Shown here piece by piece: positions 11,721 to 23,421 of a stretch of 64,000 nt of DNA. Under the pieces are notes generated by a model. It was given only the letters and a program-made list of their open reading frames with translations. It was not told where the DNA came from and did no database searches. The stretch is from Selaginella moellendorffii. Lineage: Eukaryota; Plantae; Lycopodiophyta. Each line of letters begins with the position of its first letter. Position 1 is the first letter of the stretch. The stretch is from contig NW_003314265.1 in the NCBI RefSeq assembly GCF_000143415.4, forward strand, positions 980,815-1,044,814, given 5' to 3'. A program made the position numbers and the translations under genes.

Positions 11721-13319
11721 ATGATACAGTGGAGTCCTCATCCTATGGCAGCGTGCGCGATTTTCAACACGGCAGGATCCAAGTCATCGAGCCACCAGCA
11801 GCATTCTTCCCACAATCGTGGAGGATGCATTCTCCAAGGCCGCCCCAAGAAGGGCTTCACTCCCGATCGCCTGGACGAATTCCTGTGCGGCGCTACCTTC
11901 ACCATGTACGAGTTCCTCATGAGATTCTGCGGGAGCCGGCAATTGCTCGGCGAGGGCAAGCGCATCCACCAGCACATTGTGGATCGCGGCCACGGCGACG
12001 ATCGATTCCTGGCCAATCTCCTCGTCCAGATGTATGGCCAGTGCGGCGCGGCCGAGATCGCGCGCGCGGTGTTCGATCGCATTGCTGATCGCAACGTCTT
12101 CTCCTGGACGCTCATGATCGCGGCATATGCCCAGAACGGGCACGACGCGGCGGCGCTGCGGCTCTTCCGGGAGATGGATCTTCATGGCGAGCGAGCCGAT
12201 CGCATCGTCCTGGTCGAGATTCTCGGCGTGTGCGCTCGCCTGGAGCTCCTCGCGCAGGGCCAGACGATCCACGCCCGGATCGTGGCGCTGGGGTTTGATG
12301 CCGACACCGTCGCGGCCACCGCGATCTTCAACATGTACGCGCGATGCGGCTTCCTCCGCCGCGCCAGGGAGCTCTTCGATCGACTCGAGGAGAAGAGCGT
12401 CGTTTCCTGGAACGCGATGATCACCGCGTATGCCCGGACAGGGCAAGCGCGGCAAGCGCTGGATATCTTCCGGCGCCTCGACCAGGAAGGAATCGAGGCG
12501 GACGAGATGAGCTACAGCGGCCTCCTCGCCGCGTTTGCGATGCGGCAATCTCTAGACAAGGGCCGGATCTTGCACGCCAGGATCAAAGCCTGTGGATTCG
12601 AGGCGATGCTCCAGGTCGCCAATCCTCTGATCAACATGTATGGCAAATGCGGCTGCGTGGAGGAGGCGAGGAGGATCTTCGATGCTGTGCCGAGCAAGAA
12701 CATCGTCTCCTGGAACACGATCCTGGCGGCCTACGCGGGAAACGGCCGTGTGACCGAGGCGCTGGATCTCTTCGCCAAGATCGCGATGCCGCCCGACTGG
12801 ATCAGCTTCTGCGTGGTGCTGCAAGCGTGCAGCCACGCCGGGCTGGTGGATGAGGCCTGGGATTTCCTCCTGTCGATGCGATCCCAGCACGGAATCGAGC
12901 CCCGCCGCGCGCATTACAGCGCCATGGTGGAGATCTTCGGCAAGGCCGGGAAGCTGGAGGAGGCGGAGCGCCTGATCGCCGCCATGCCGGTGGAGCCCGA
13001 CGCTGTGATCTGGAGGAGCTTGCTGGGCGCTTGCAAGATCCATGGCGACACCGAGCGCGGGACGAGGGCTGCCCTAAAGGTGATCGAGCTCAAGCCCGAC
13101 GAATCAGGGCCCTACATTCTCCTGTCCAATCTCCACGCGGCAGCTGGACGGCTGGATGAGCTGGACAAGGTCCGCAAGCTCATGAAGGAGCGGCGCCTGG
13201 GGAAGAGCTGGGCGATGGATGCCGTGAGCAAAGAAACCCTAGAGTTGGAATCCAAACAAGTCCGTGAGAGGCTCCTGGCGCTTAACCGCCACATGGAAGA
13301 CCTGAGGGTAAATCGGTGA
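11721..13319 (+). CDS. PLS-class PPR protein with E/E+ extension, no DYW
   Basis: Repeats such as NVFSWTLMIAAYAQNG and NMYGKCG, E motif WRSLLGACKIHG and YILLSNLHAAAG. Ends shortly after a PG-box-like GKSW. ATG at 11721 or 11745. Confidence 0.9.
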   Translation: MIQWSPHPMAACAIFNTAGSKSSSHQQHSSHNRGGCILQGRPKKGFTPDRLDEFLCGATFTMYEFLMRFCGSRQLLGEGKRIHQHIVDRGHGDDRFLANLLVQMYGQCGAAEIARAVFDRIADRNVFSWTLMIAAYAQNGHDAAALRLFREMDLHGERADRIVLVEILGVCARLELLAQGQTIHARIVALGFDADTVAATAIFNMYARCGFLRRARELFDRLEEKSVVSWNAMITAYARTGQARQALDIFRRLDQEGIEADEMSYSGLLAAFAMRQSLDKGRILHARIKACGFEAMLQVANPLINMYGKCGCVEEARRIFDAVPSKNIVSWNTILAAYAGNGRVTEALDLFAKIAMPPDWISFCVVLQACSHAGLVDEAWDFLLSMRSQHGIEPRRAHYSAMVEIFGKAGKLEEAERLIAAMPVEPDAVIWRSLLGACKIHGDTERGTRAALKVIELKPDESGPYILLSNLHAAAGRLDELDKVRKLMKERRLGKSWAMDAVSKETLELESKQVRERLLALNRHMEDLRVNR

Positions 13320-13955
13320 TAAACCGGCATTTGCTGCAAATGCCGGTTTAGGGCATTTTCTTTCTTGAGAAAATGCCCGAATTTAGGGCTGCTACAGTTA
13401 TGGTGGAAACTGTCCCCCTGCTAGGTAGCTTTTTTTTTAACCGTGGGTCACGCGTCTGATGCCGGTTTCACCCACCCCACCGACCGGCATCAGTCGGTGA
13501 GTGGCTGCCATACATGGTCTCCATCATGGCCATCATGGCGCCTCATACGGCGCACATGCGACTGGGTCGATGGATGGCGCACAAACGCCATAGGTATGAT
13601 GCCCCATGCGTCCATGCACCCAATGTAGGACACCGGGCCAAGGACTCCAGTGTAAATGCCGCGGCCAGAGAAGACGTGGAGAGGAAGGGTTATACTTGCA
13701 AGTTCTATTCTTTCTTTTCTCTCGCATTTCATAGAGAGGGGAGAGCTATGGCGCTAGCGCGGCTCCAAAGAAAGGAGGCGCGATAGGGCGATTTGCCCGA
13801 CGGCGGCGCAGCGGCGGCGGATTTGATCGTCAGATGCGCCGGTTCTTCTTCCTTGCGCCGGAAATTCTTGCGTCATCTGGTAAATTTCCCTCGATCGATC
13901 GAAATTCCACGCCTAGACTTGAGCGGACTCACGCTCCATTCTTGCTCGCTCGCAG

Positions 13956-14978
13956 ATGGCTATCGTGGTGCTGGAGATCGTGTCGCTGCTGTGGAGCCAC
14001 CCTATCCTCGCGGGGCTCCTCATCCTGCTCTTCACCACGCCCCTGTTCCACATCGTCCTCTTCTTCACGCCGCTGCTCATGTCCACGGCGCTGTGCGTGA
14101 TCGCGCTCATCAGCATTGGGCCTCAGATCGAGAAGATAAGGGAGGAGCGCCAATTTAAGATGTCCATGAGCTCCAGGAGTGTGGTAGCGGCGCCCGAGAG
14201 GCCGGCGAACAGGTACATTGTTATAAGCCAGGGGCGGCCCCAAAGACCGGCAATGCGGCTCGGCGGCGGTGGCGGAGGGGGTCGAAGATGGAGCGATTGG
14301 GTGAAAGGAATAGAGATCCATGGCCACACGATTTGGCTGTCCGAGAGCCATATCATGCGTGACATCGCGGAGGAAGGCTTAAAGTCGGATTTCTCTCACG
14401 AAGATGGCGGCATCGCGATGGCTCCGGAAGATTTGTGCTCCTCCAAGGGCGGTGCTTTCAGTTTGGAGAAAGCCACCGCCGCCAGCCTTTGTGACGTAGT
14501 CAATCCCGGGGAAGCTGACAGGCTAATTGAAGAGGAGTGCCAACATCTGGAGCTTGTGGAAGTCAAGCAGGCCGACGAGGAGCCTGCGTTACACTCCGAA
14601 ACGGGCATCGTGAGCTTGGATCCGGTGGCGGAAGGTGACAAAGAGGACGCAGCGCTGCTCGAGCTCGCTTCATGCAGCGTGACCCGTGCTGAAGACAATG
14701 CGGGCTGTGCTACGACCGAGAAGATGTTTACAAGGAACAGCAACGCTTGTTTCGTTGAGCTGGTTGGTCCTTCCGCAGCGGCCTCCACACAACAGGTTTT
14801 GGCTCTGAGCGAGACGAGTTTTGCTTTGGGCTTGCCATCGCCTCCTCCTCCCATTGCCACGAAGAAGAAGAAGCGAACTTCCTGGTTTCGGAGACAAAGG
14901 ATACCGTGCGGCCTTTCGAAAGCGCTTGGCCAGCTCAGGGAGAAGATCTGCAATCAACTTCGTCGCATCTTCACCTGA
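13956..14978 (+). CDS. hypothetical protein with N-terminal transmembrane segments
   Basis: 340-aa ATG ORF with a hydrophobic N-terminus (HPILAGLLILLF...FFTPLLMSTALCVIALI) and an acidic low-complexity remainder. Confidence 0.7.
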   Translation: MAIVVLEIVSLLWSHPILAGLLILLFTTPLFHIVLFFTPLLMSTALCVIALISIGPQIEKIREERQFKMSMSSRSVVAAPERPANRYIVISQGRPQRPAMRLGGGGGGGRRWSDWVKGIEIHGHTIWLSESHIMRDIAEEGLKSDFSHEDGGIAMAPEDLCSSKGGAFSLEKATAASLCDVVNPGEADRLIEEECQHLELVEVKQADEEPALHSETGIVSLDPVAEGDKEDAALLELASCSVTRAEDNAGCATTEKMFTRNSNACFVELVGPSAAASTQQVLALSETSFALGLPSPPPPIATKKKKRTSWFRRQRIPCGLSKALGQLREKICNQLRRIFT

Positions 14979-16327
14979 TCGAGGATCCAAAGCGAAAGAA
15001 GGAGAGGAGGGGAGGGGAGGGGAAAATCCTGTGTACAGTTTCGGGTTGGAGAGGTACGCGCCGTGCGTGCTGACGAGCTACACGAAAGAAACAAACAAAC
15101 CAAGGTACTTAACAAGCTTCGATTGGGAAAACTGCTGTGGTTCTCATATTCTTTGGTGATGATAAGATATGATCCAACACTACTTATAAGCTACGTCCAT
15201 TCAAACTTCGGGGAGGAGGAAGTAAGTTCTCCTGGAATCCGGATTCGGATCATCCGTCGCGTGTTACTCCCGTGCTCCAGATATATAGGCCGGAGGCAGC
15301 TAGATAACAGGGGAAGCAGAACAGGTTTTCTTATGGGATAGAGTGCACAGGCAGTCGCAGGCAGGCGCAGCGCAGGGGTTCTTTTTTCTCTCGCTCTCTC
15401 TCCTCCTCAGATTGTGGGATTAAGTAAGAATTGTTCCAAGCTATCAACAGCAGGATCAAGGCGGCGCTGGCTATACGCCTCGGGAACAGGCGACATAGAT
15501 GGTGCTAATAGGGAGGAGAAAACAAATGGATATCGTGCGCGACCAGGGATGATGCTGCTGCTGCTGCTGCTGCCAGGTAGCCATTTGCTACGAGTACAAG
15601 TGGAGGCAGGAGAGCACGCTACAGGGCAGTGACTTGTTTTCTACGATCAGTGGAGGAAGTCCGAAGGATTAGCTCAGGCTGAAGTGAATCACACGACAAA
15701 ATGCGGCACGGCGTTTATGGAGAGGCGATTTCTCGTCGACAGCTTTAGCGGGGACGAGAGAGCTTGGACGACTTTTTCACACCACGGCAGTGGTGCCACA
15801 GGAAAGCGACACACATTGGTGACGAGACGCGACGAGACGAGACGACGAAGAGGCTATGGCATGGGATGGGATGGGATGGGGGGCTTTTTCTTCCGAGTTG
15901 TTTACATCTGGGGATTGGACTTTGGAACTTTGGACAGGATCAAAAGGTGATCGCTGTGTAGCACGGATTCGAAACCAGCTGTTGGCATTTAAGACGTGTG
16001 ATGGAGATATCGAGAGTCGTCCATCGAATCGAAGCTATAGTGTTTTTTTTTTCTTTCATCTTTCTTCTTTCTTTTAGGAGGCTGATTGCAAAGCGATGGC
16101 TTGAGATCAAAGGAAAAGCTGGAGCGCTTTGAGAATCTTAACTGGTGTGATTCTTACGTTTATAAAAGGAAATTTTATTCGTATTCCGTCGCTGGAGTGT
16201 TAGGCCCTGGGTGCTTTCAGCGCTGGTTTTTTCCCACTAGATTATGACTTTGAATCTCTTTCCCAAAGCATATTCTTTACAGAAAGATCTGGAAGAAAAC
16301 GTATTGACAAGCTAAACCTTTTATGAT

Positions 16328-18035
16328 TCACTCTTCTTCTTCACTGTCGCTGATGCTTTTACCAATCAGCTCTCCCAATTCATCCTCTGTAAATCGGTAT
16401 TCTTCACCGCAAGCGTCACAAAATGCCTCAATGTAGCCTACAAAGATTAAACGCCGTGATTCGAGAAACAACGAAAGAAACAAACCACCTTTTGACTTGA
16501 GTGCCTGTCGAATCTGCCAGAATCCCTTGCTAGAGATCTCGTTCTCCAGTATGCGCTGTTTCATCTCTAGGCCGCAAGGACCGAATCTAGGATTTATCTG
16601 CAAGCCGTAAGAAGTTTTACGAGGAGAGAAACAGTTGAGAAGATCTCGCTCACCGTGCGGATGGTCTTGCGACGACCAATTCCTTGGAACAGGAGCTCGC
16701 AAATCTCGTCAGCGTTTATGTTCCACTTAGGAAGATCTCGCGTGTTTTTCGCCATCCGGTCGAGCGTCATTTTGGAAACACTGGGCAGAGCCTGGAACTC
16801 AAGTAAAACGCTTTGGAATCGCTTTAAATTTTTTAAAGAGCGTTCTCTACCTGGTAAACGTAGCCTCGAGCACAAGTGATGGTTCCTTGCTTGTCAAGGA
16901 AAACACCAAACGAAGCAAAGGAATGAAGCTGCAGCCAAGAACAAAATCAAAAGAGAACAAGCAAAACAAGTTGTTTTCGTGACGTGAAAGCTCACCTTAC
17001 GAGCTTCTGCAAGATAAGTCTCGACTCCTTTCGATATATTTCCTCTCGAGAGTTGCACAGGCCTCCTATAACCCCGGTGTCAAAAAGCTGTGGTTTAGAA
17101 GGAAAAAACTTAGAAAGAAGAACAAGCAAAGACGAAGCATACACTTTAAGTCTCTTCCACGAAGAATTGTGGAGCGTGACTGTTAAGTTGCCACGCTCGC
17201 CAAGAGTTCCACGCGCATCAAGCTGGAGCATAAGAGACGATTATAAGCAAGACTGCGAATAGAGGAAGCTTACCAAGCCATTTGGAAGGCATGGAAAATC
17301 ACTCCTTGGGAAATCCACATAGCCTTTGACAAGCCCGGTGTTTGAGCCGATTGCTGTGATTCCTCCAAGTGGTCCACCGCTTCCAACAATCGTGATCTAG
17401 AACTTGAATGAGAAGGAGACGAAAACAAAGGCCAAGCAAGCAAACAAAATGGCCACCTTTATATTCTCGGCAGCGGCTTCAATAGCGTGGAGAAGAAGTG
17501 TTGCCATCAAAGCTTGTCCGAGAATCACAGTTGCCTGGAACAAGAAGAAGAAAGGATGAAAACTACGAAAGGAATGAGAATAACAATTTGGCTCTGGTCG
17601 TACCGCTCGGGCAGTGGAAAAGCGACGTTGGGCTTCTCGGACAACACTGGTCGCTGTGACACTGACCACTGATACCTGGACGAAAGATTCTCATAAAAAC
17701 TAAGAACATGGACGAAAGATTCTCAAAAAAACTAAGAACAAGACATTAGAAAAAGAGAACCTCGTCACTCTCCGATACGCAATGTAGGATCCGATCGCAG
17801 CTTAAACCAATCGGAGCAACTGGAACGCGATCTCCAACAACGCTGTAGCTCCCCCAAGGCCATGTAGAGCGACCCTTTTGAAAATCCTCTATAGAAGCTC
17901 GAGAATTACTCGAGATCGAGGGAAGAATGAGAAGATCGTCGACATACCAGCAATGGGTCGAGCGTCCAGTGGCAGCGCGAAACGCCCACGTCCGCCCAGA
18001 GTGAAATGCCGCACGAAAAATCTCGGCAAGGCCAT
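16328..18035 (-). CDS. HSP33: Hsp33 (HslO-family) redox-regulated chaperone with organellar presequence, multi-exon
   Basis: Spliced motifs DRILHCVSESDEVSVVSVTATSVVREAQRR, ILGQALMATLLL, GGPLGGITAIG..GLVKGYV, VQLSRGNISKGVETYLAEA, FGVFLDKQG..ARGYVYQALP, FGPCG and IEAFCDACGEEYRFTEDEL all match the Hsp33 layout. Confidence 0.82.
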
Positions 18036-18100
18036 AAACCCTTAAAACCACATAAGGGGAATAAAAACCATTCTCGTCGATAGGGTTTGCGGGCGATCGC

Positions 18101-21100
18101 ATGGCGGTGGAGGAGGAGGAAGAGCGCAATGCTGGTGGCGCCGGTCCCAGCCGGATCACAGGTATCGCTACGGATTTGAGGAAACGAGGAGCCGGCGGGA
18201 TCGGAGGCGACGACGATCAGCGCAAGAAGCCGAAGATCGAGGACATGCCCGCCGATTTTCTCGATTTTCTGCCCAACGCGAACGATGCCTCCCCGGAAGA
18301 TGACGCCGTCGTCAGTGCCCCGCGGCCGAATCGCTGTCGCCAGTTTTGGAAGGCTGGAGATTACGACGGTTCCGGCGCGCAAACAATGCCAGGTAGTAAT
18401 TGTTTCGATTGTTTGCGATCAATCCTTTCTCTTTTGCTGTGTAGCTAGCATGGATCACGTACGCATGCATCCAAAGTTCCTCCATTCCAATGCAACAAGC
18501 CACAAGTGGGCTCTCGGCGGTACTTAGAAAAGTCTTGCTAGTTTTCTTCTTTGTGTTTTAATCTATGATCTCTTGCTCGGTTCGCAGCCATAGCGGAGCT
18601 GCTGGACAATGCGCTCGATGAGGCTCAAAATGGAGCGACGTTTGTCAACATCAACGTTCTCAAGAATCCGGTTGATGGCTCGCCGATGCTTCTCTTTGAA
18701 GGTTCGCAAGATGTTTTCTAGCTGTGTTTTCTTCTTGCAGCAACGCTTTGTTTGTTGATCCAGATAACGGCGGAGGAATGACCCAGGAGCGTTTGCGAGA
18801 ATGCATGTCCTTTGGGTACTCTGCGAAGGATAAAGCCGCTAACATGATTGGACAATGTATGTGCTCTATTTCGTTTTCTCTTTCTCCATCTCAGTTTGGA
18901 AATCTATTCAGATGGAAACGGTTTTAAGACGAGTACCATGCGCCTGGGTGCTGATGTCATCGTTTTTTCGAAATCGAATGCAAAGAGAGGCGGCAGGTAT
19001 AAAAGTTGGTTGCCAAAGTATTTCCCATTTCCCATTCTTCTTTACGTTTGATACAGGCCTACACGGAGTGTCGGGTTCCTCTCCTACAGTTTCCTGCGTG
19101 ACACAATGCAGCAGGACATCATAGTTCCTACGGTACTCTTAATAGAGAAATTCTCTGGGGTGTGAATTCACCTTGTTCTTGGTTGCAGCTGGATTACGAA
19201 GAGCACGGGGGTGAGCTGAAAGAGGTCCAACGAGGCACACATCAGGATTGGAAATATCGCATGGACGCGATCACGAAATGGAGTCCTTATCAGTCTGAAG
19301 AATCGATTCGCAGCCAAGTAAGCACTCTGGATCTACATCCAATCTTAAGTTATGTGTCTCTCTGTGATGCCAGTTCAAGAAAATTAAGGGCCAAGGTACT
19401 AGAATCATTATCTACAATCTCTGGGAGGATGAGCAGCAGCGGCTGGAACTAGACTTTGAATCAGATCCTCAAGTATGCTTTGAAATTGTTTTTGGTTTAC
19501 TTCACTGACCTCCTTCAAGGACATTCAAATTAGGGGCGGCCGTGATGATTCTCAACGTGATATGGCGGAAAAATATCCCAGTGCGAAGCACTTCTTTTTG
19601 TACCAAAATTCTCTCAGGGTGAGAAAGAACATGTGTTTTGCTGTCATAAATTCATCCATTTGGTTTTGCAGATATATGCTTCGATTTTGTACTTGCATCT
19701 GCCAAAGAACTTCAAGATCACCCTTCGAAACCAGGAGATCAAACACCATAATATCCTGAGCGACGTAATGCACATTGAGGAGCTTGTTTACAAGCCTCAA
19801 AAGGATGGACAAAACGGGGTAAACGTAGGCATCTGTTTTCTTTTTGTTTCCCTTTGAAATCATGCGCCTTTTGGGTGCAGATGTCTGCAAAAGTACACCT
19901 CGGTTTTCTAAAGGATGCCCGTGAACACATAGATGTGCAAGGATTCAATGTCTATCACAAAAATCGGCTTATAAAGGTAGCCAATGGCTCGTTAGCTTCT
20001 TTTCTCATTCGATCTGTAACAGCCATTCTGGAGAATATGGAATTCGTCGAGCAGTCAAGGACGAGGTGTCATTGGTGAGTTTTGCAGCTTTTATTTTGGT
20101 CTCTTACATTTTTTTTCTGGTGGTTTAGGAGTTTTGGAGGCAAATTTTGTGGAACCTGCTCATGACAAACAAGGATTTGAAAGGACACCCGTTCTTCAAC
20201 GACTTGAGCATCGGCTGCAACTTATGCAGAAGAAATTCTGGTTAGCACTCCCCTTGTTGCCGTTTGTTCTTAATGGTTTTCTATGCAGGAATAACAACTG
20301 CCAGAAGGTGGGATATCAGGGACCTCCTGCTACTGGTTCTGCTACCAAGAAAAGGAAGACGATGCATGAGGACGAGATTTTATATCGACCACGGAGAGCT
20401 GATCGTCTCCAAGGTAGGACTTTTTACCTTCAGCACCAGAATGATGTTTCTTCGTTTTAGACAAAGCCATCAGGAGTTCTAGAAGATGCTCATCATCATC
20501 CTCGGAAGTTTCAGACGATGAAGATGAGAGGCCAGTGAAAGAAGCTTTTCCTCGAAAGGCCAAGATACAGGCAAAGAAGGCCTTCAGGGATCCAAATGCT
20601 GTCGATGAAGTGGACGTTGGAAGCCGGGTATGTGGTGCAAATCTCATGAGCAGCATTAACTTAGTAATATGCAGTTTGCGAAGCCAAAGGAAACAATCCC
20701 ATCAAAACCAAAGCCAGTTCCCCATGTCCCATCCAAATCTAAGGAATCTGCTGTAGCTGTAGTACCAGTAGCGACAGCAAAGGACTCTCTGATACTCGAT
20801 GACTTTGAAGCTGAGGAACAGGTCGAACCAACGGATCATCAGCTGAGGGAGCTAGAGGAAGAGACGAACGTTTTAGCTACCCGGTTTGTGAATTTTTTAT
20901 TTTATTTTATTTTATTTTATTGTATTGCCTTCAAAACTCACTTTCAGTCTCCCGTTCAGAATGGAGAGGCTGGAGGAAGCCGGAAATGCACAGCTAGAAG
21001 TAGGGGTTGCTCGAACACAGGAGCTGGAAGAAACGGTACTCGTCCCTCTCTCCCTTTCTCTCTCTGATTTGCATTGTTACAGGTTCATCGGCTTGAAATG

Positions 21101-21357
21101 GAGTTAGCTTTTGTACAGAATGGGCTGCTAGAGGAGTGCAACAAATACAAGCGAGAGCTCGAGGAAGAGAAGAAGCAGCGCGTCCTTGATGATGCTGAAA
21201 TCAGGAAGAAGCTCAAGGTTTGTCTAGTCATATTATTCTTTGTTGTTCTAAAGAGAGTGTGCAACAGACACTGGAGAGCGAGAAGAAAATCCTGGAGAAG
21301 GAGAACAAGTGTCTCCGGGAGAAACTTGGATTGAAAGTAGATGCTATAATTAGTTAA
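18101..21357 (+). CDS. MORC: MORC-family GHKL ATPase (MICRORCHIDIA-like), many short introns
   Basis: Motifs RQFWKAGDY, HPKFLHSNATSHKWALGA, AELLDNALDE, DNGGGM, GNGFKTSTMRLGAD, GFNVYHKNRLI and EANFVEPAHDKQGFERT, plus a C-terminal coiled coil ending KVDAIIS*. Confidence 0.93.
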
Positions 21358-21389
21358 TATATGGTTTTCTGTTTTTCTATATTTTTTCT

Positions 21390-21712
21390 CTCCAAGTTTT
21401 TTCTTCTAAACCAGGGGAGGCCAGTGCAAGAGAGGAAATACTCAAAACTTATCTCGCAGGGCTCGTAAGCTAAGCTTTGATATTTGCTTTGATTTATTTT
21501 TTATTTTATTTTATTTTACTTTTTGGCTGCAGCTTCATTCCTTCGCTTCGCGATGGTGTTTTCCCTGACACCATCACTCGAGGCTACGTTTACCAGGTAG
21601 CAATCGCTTTTAAAATTTGTTTCGTCGAGCGATCCTATTACGATTGCGGAATCTGCCTAGTGTTTCCAAAGTGACGCTCGACCGCATGGCAGAAAACAGG
21701 CGAGATCTATCT
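21390..21712 (+). pseudogene. inverted, deletion-riddled partial duplicate of the Hsp33 gene (source about 16730-17110)
   Basis: ttttggctgcagcttcattcc...ctcgaggctacgtttaccaggtag and gtgtttccaaagtgacgctcgaccgcatggc match the reverse complement of Hsp33 exons and introns. Confidence 0.85.
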
Positions 21713-21839
21713 TCCTCAGTCGATGTCAAGGCTATGTGGATTTCCCATGGATGATTTTCCATGCCTTCCAAATGGCTTGGTAAGCTTCCTCTATTTATCA
21801 TGCAGGATCTATGTGCTCTAGCTTGATGCTCGTGGAACT

Positions 21840-23330
21840 CTAGGGGCAAGGATGAGGATTCCGATGGCGCGAGTCCGGTGAGCAATCTAGTTGAATTGGA
21901 GGGTGAGCCGGAGCAAACCTCAAGTGCTAAATACGTTCCTCCTCACCAGCGAAAGCGAGATCCTTCCGAGGATGAAGTTCGCGTCAAAAGAAGAATCAAA
22001 GGTACGTTCTCATGGGAGAGGCCGTTTTTTTCCTCCCTCTCTTTGCTTAGTTCCTTGCTTCAACTAACATAGGAGATTGCCGAGTTCTTCCAGGTAAAAC
22101 GCACTTGAAAGCCCTGTTGTTTCTACGTGGGGTGATTTTATAGCAGGAGCTTCATGACCGAGACGATCACTGATCATGTCTTGAAGTCTTGCTCCAGTGG
22201 TCCCCGTGGTAACGAGCAGTGAGCACAGTAATGCTTCTCTCACGCTGCTCTCTGTCCTCACATATTATAGTTTCATGGATAAATTTACGAAGCAGTCTTT
22301 GCAGCGAGCATCTCTGGCATCGCTTGTCTCGTCGGGATGGATTTCGGTGCTAATTTTATGGCGGGGCTTTGAGGTGAAACTCCTGGAGGCGTTTTTCAAA
22401 TGGGACGACGCGCTGATTTTTCGGTTCTTATGTTTACGTTTTACTGCAGAGACAATATGAAAAGGTCTAGCTGTTCGCAACCTTACGCTTCTTGATTCTT
22501 CGCTCTACAGCTTGGGATTGATTACAAGGTGCGCTTGTGGTCTTTCTTTTTCGGTTTAACACATTTGTTCTTGAATGAAACAGCGAGCTGGTATACTTTT
22601 GCACCTCCTCTGCAAACGATTCCAGGAAATAGATGCCCATCGATGAAAGAGTTCATTCTTGCTGTTCAAGAACGCACGTCGGATTTATTCCACGACCGTG
22701 GGTGGCAAACCGAGCTCGAACCGGTGGCATGCAGCATGGAGCTGAAATGCCGAAACGAGTAAGCAATTGTCAAAACGTTTTTTTAATTTTATTTTTGTTT
22801 GTACACACGCACGGAACTCCTGTAGGTGGACTTTATACTCGAGGGGATTTTTCGAAGTTTAAAACAATGCTCGTCATCCAAGGATGAAGAAGTGGCTTCA
22901 AAAGGTGTGTGTGTATCACATTCGCTTTACTTGCATTTTAGTAGCTTTGTTACTAGCTAAAAGTCGAGGACATACAACTGCGTTCCATACCCTGGAAGAA
23001 GCTACTCGGTCCTCAAAAGAAAGGTCAGTGGTGGCTCGGGACAGTCTCGAATGAAGCAGACGACGCCGAAGTTCCACAAGTGGTGGATCTGATTGACTCT
23101 GAGATATTTGAAGCTGAGAAAGTGCACAAGCTAGCAGCTGCCCAAAGAATGAACACAGGCGCAAGACGAGCTATTTCTCTTTCGTTATGAGCAGCGAAAA
23201 CTAGATTGATGCATTACTGAGGCTCACCGTGACGGTATCTCTCTCGATTCGTCAATTTACGAAGGTTGTTTGGTTTTTCTTTCTACCAGGACCGACAAAT
23301 CATGAGAGTCATCCTCGAATGGGTATCTGT
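21840..23330 (+). pseudogene. NOM1/SGD1-like (nucleolar MIF4G-MA3) pseudogene
   Basis: Fragments KYVPPHQRK..EDEVRVKRRIKG, SMKEFILAVQER, KKGQWWLG and DRQIMRVILE appear in NOM1 order but with frameshifts, stops and deletions. Confidence 0.65.
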
Positions 23331-23421
23331 ACAAGATTTAATTAATTGGACTATCGTATTAAGGATTTTGTTCAAAGATAATAGCATGTGTATTCTAAAA
23401 ACAAGGAAATAAGATTCAATA

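Noticed and set aside
17678-17741. 32-bp tandem duplication in an Hsp33 intron
   Set aside because: The duplicated copy lacks the AG, so it creates no new acceptor; likely neutral slippage.
17746-18159. Hsp33 starting at the CATG overlapping the MORC ATG (18100-18103)
   Set aside because: The ATG at 18035 plus a canonical intron gives a better presequence and in-frame junction.
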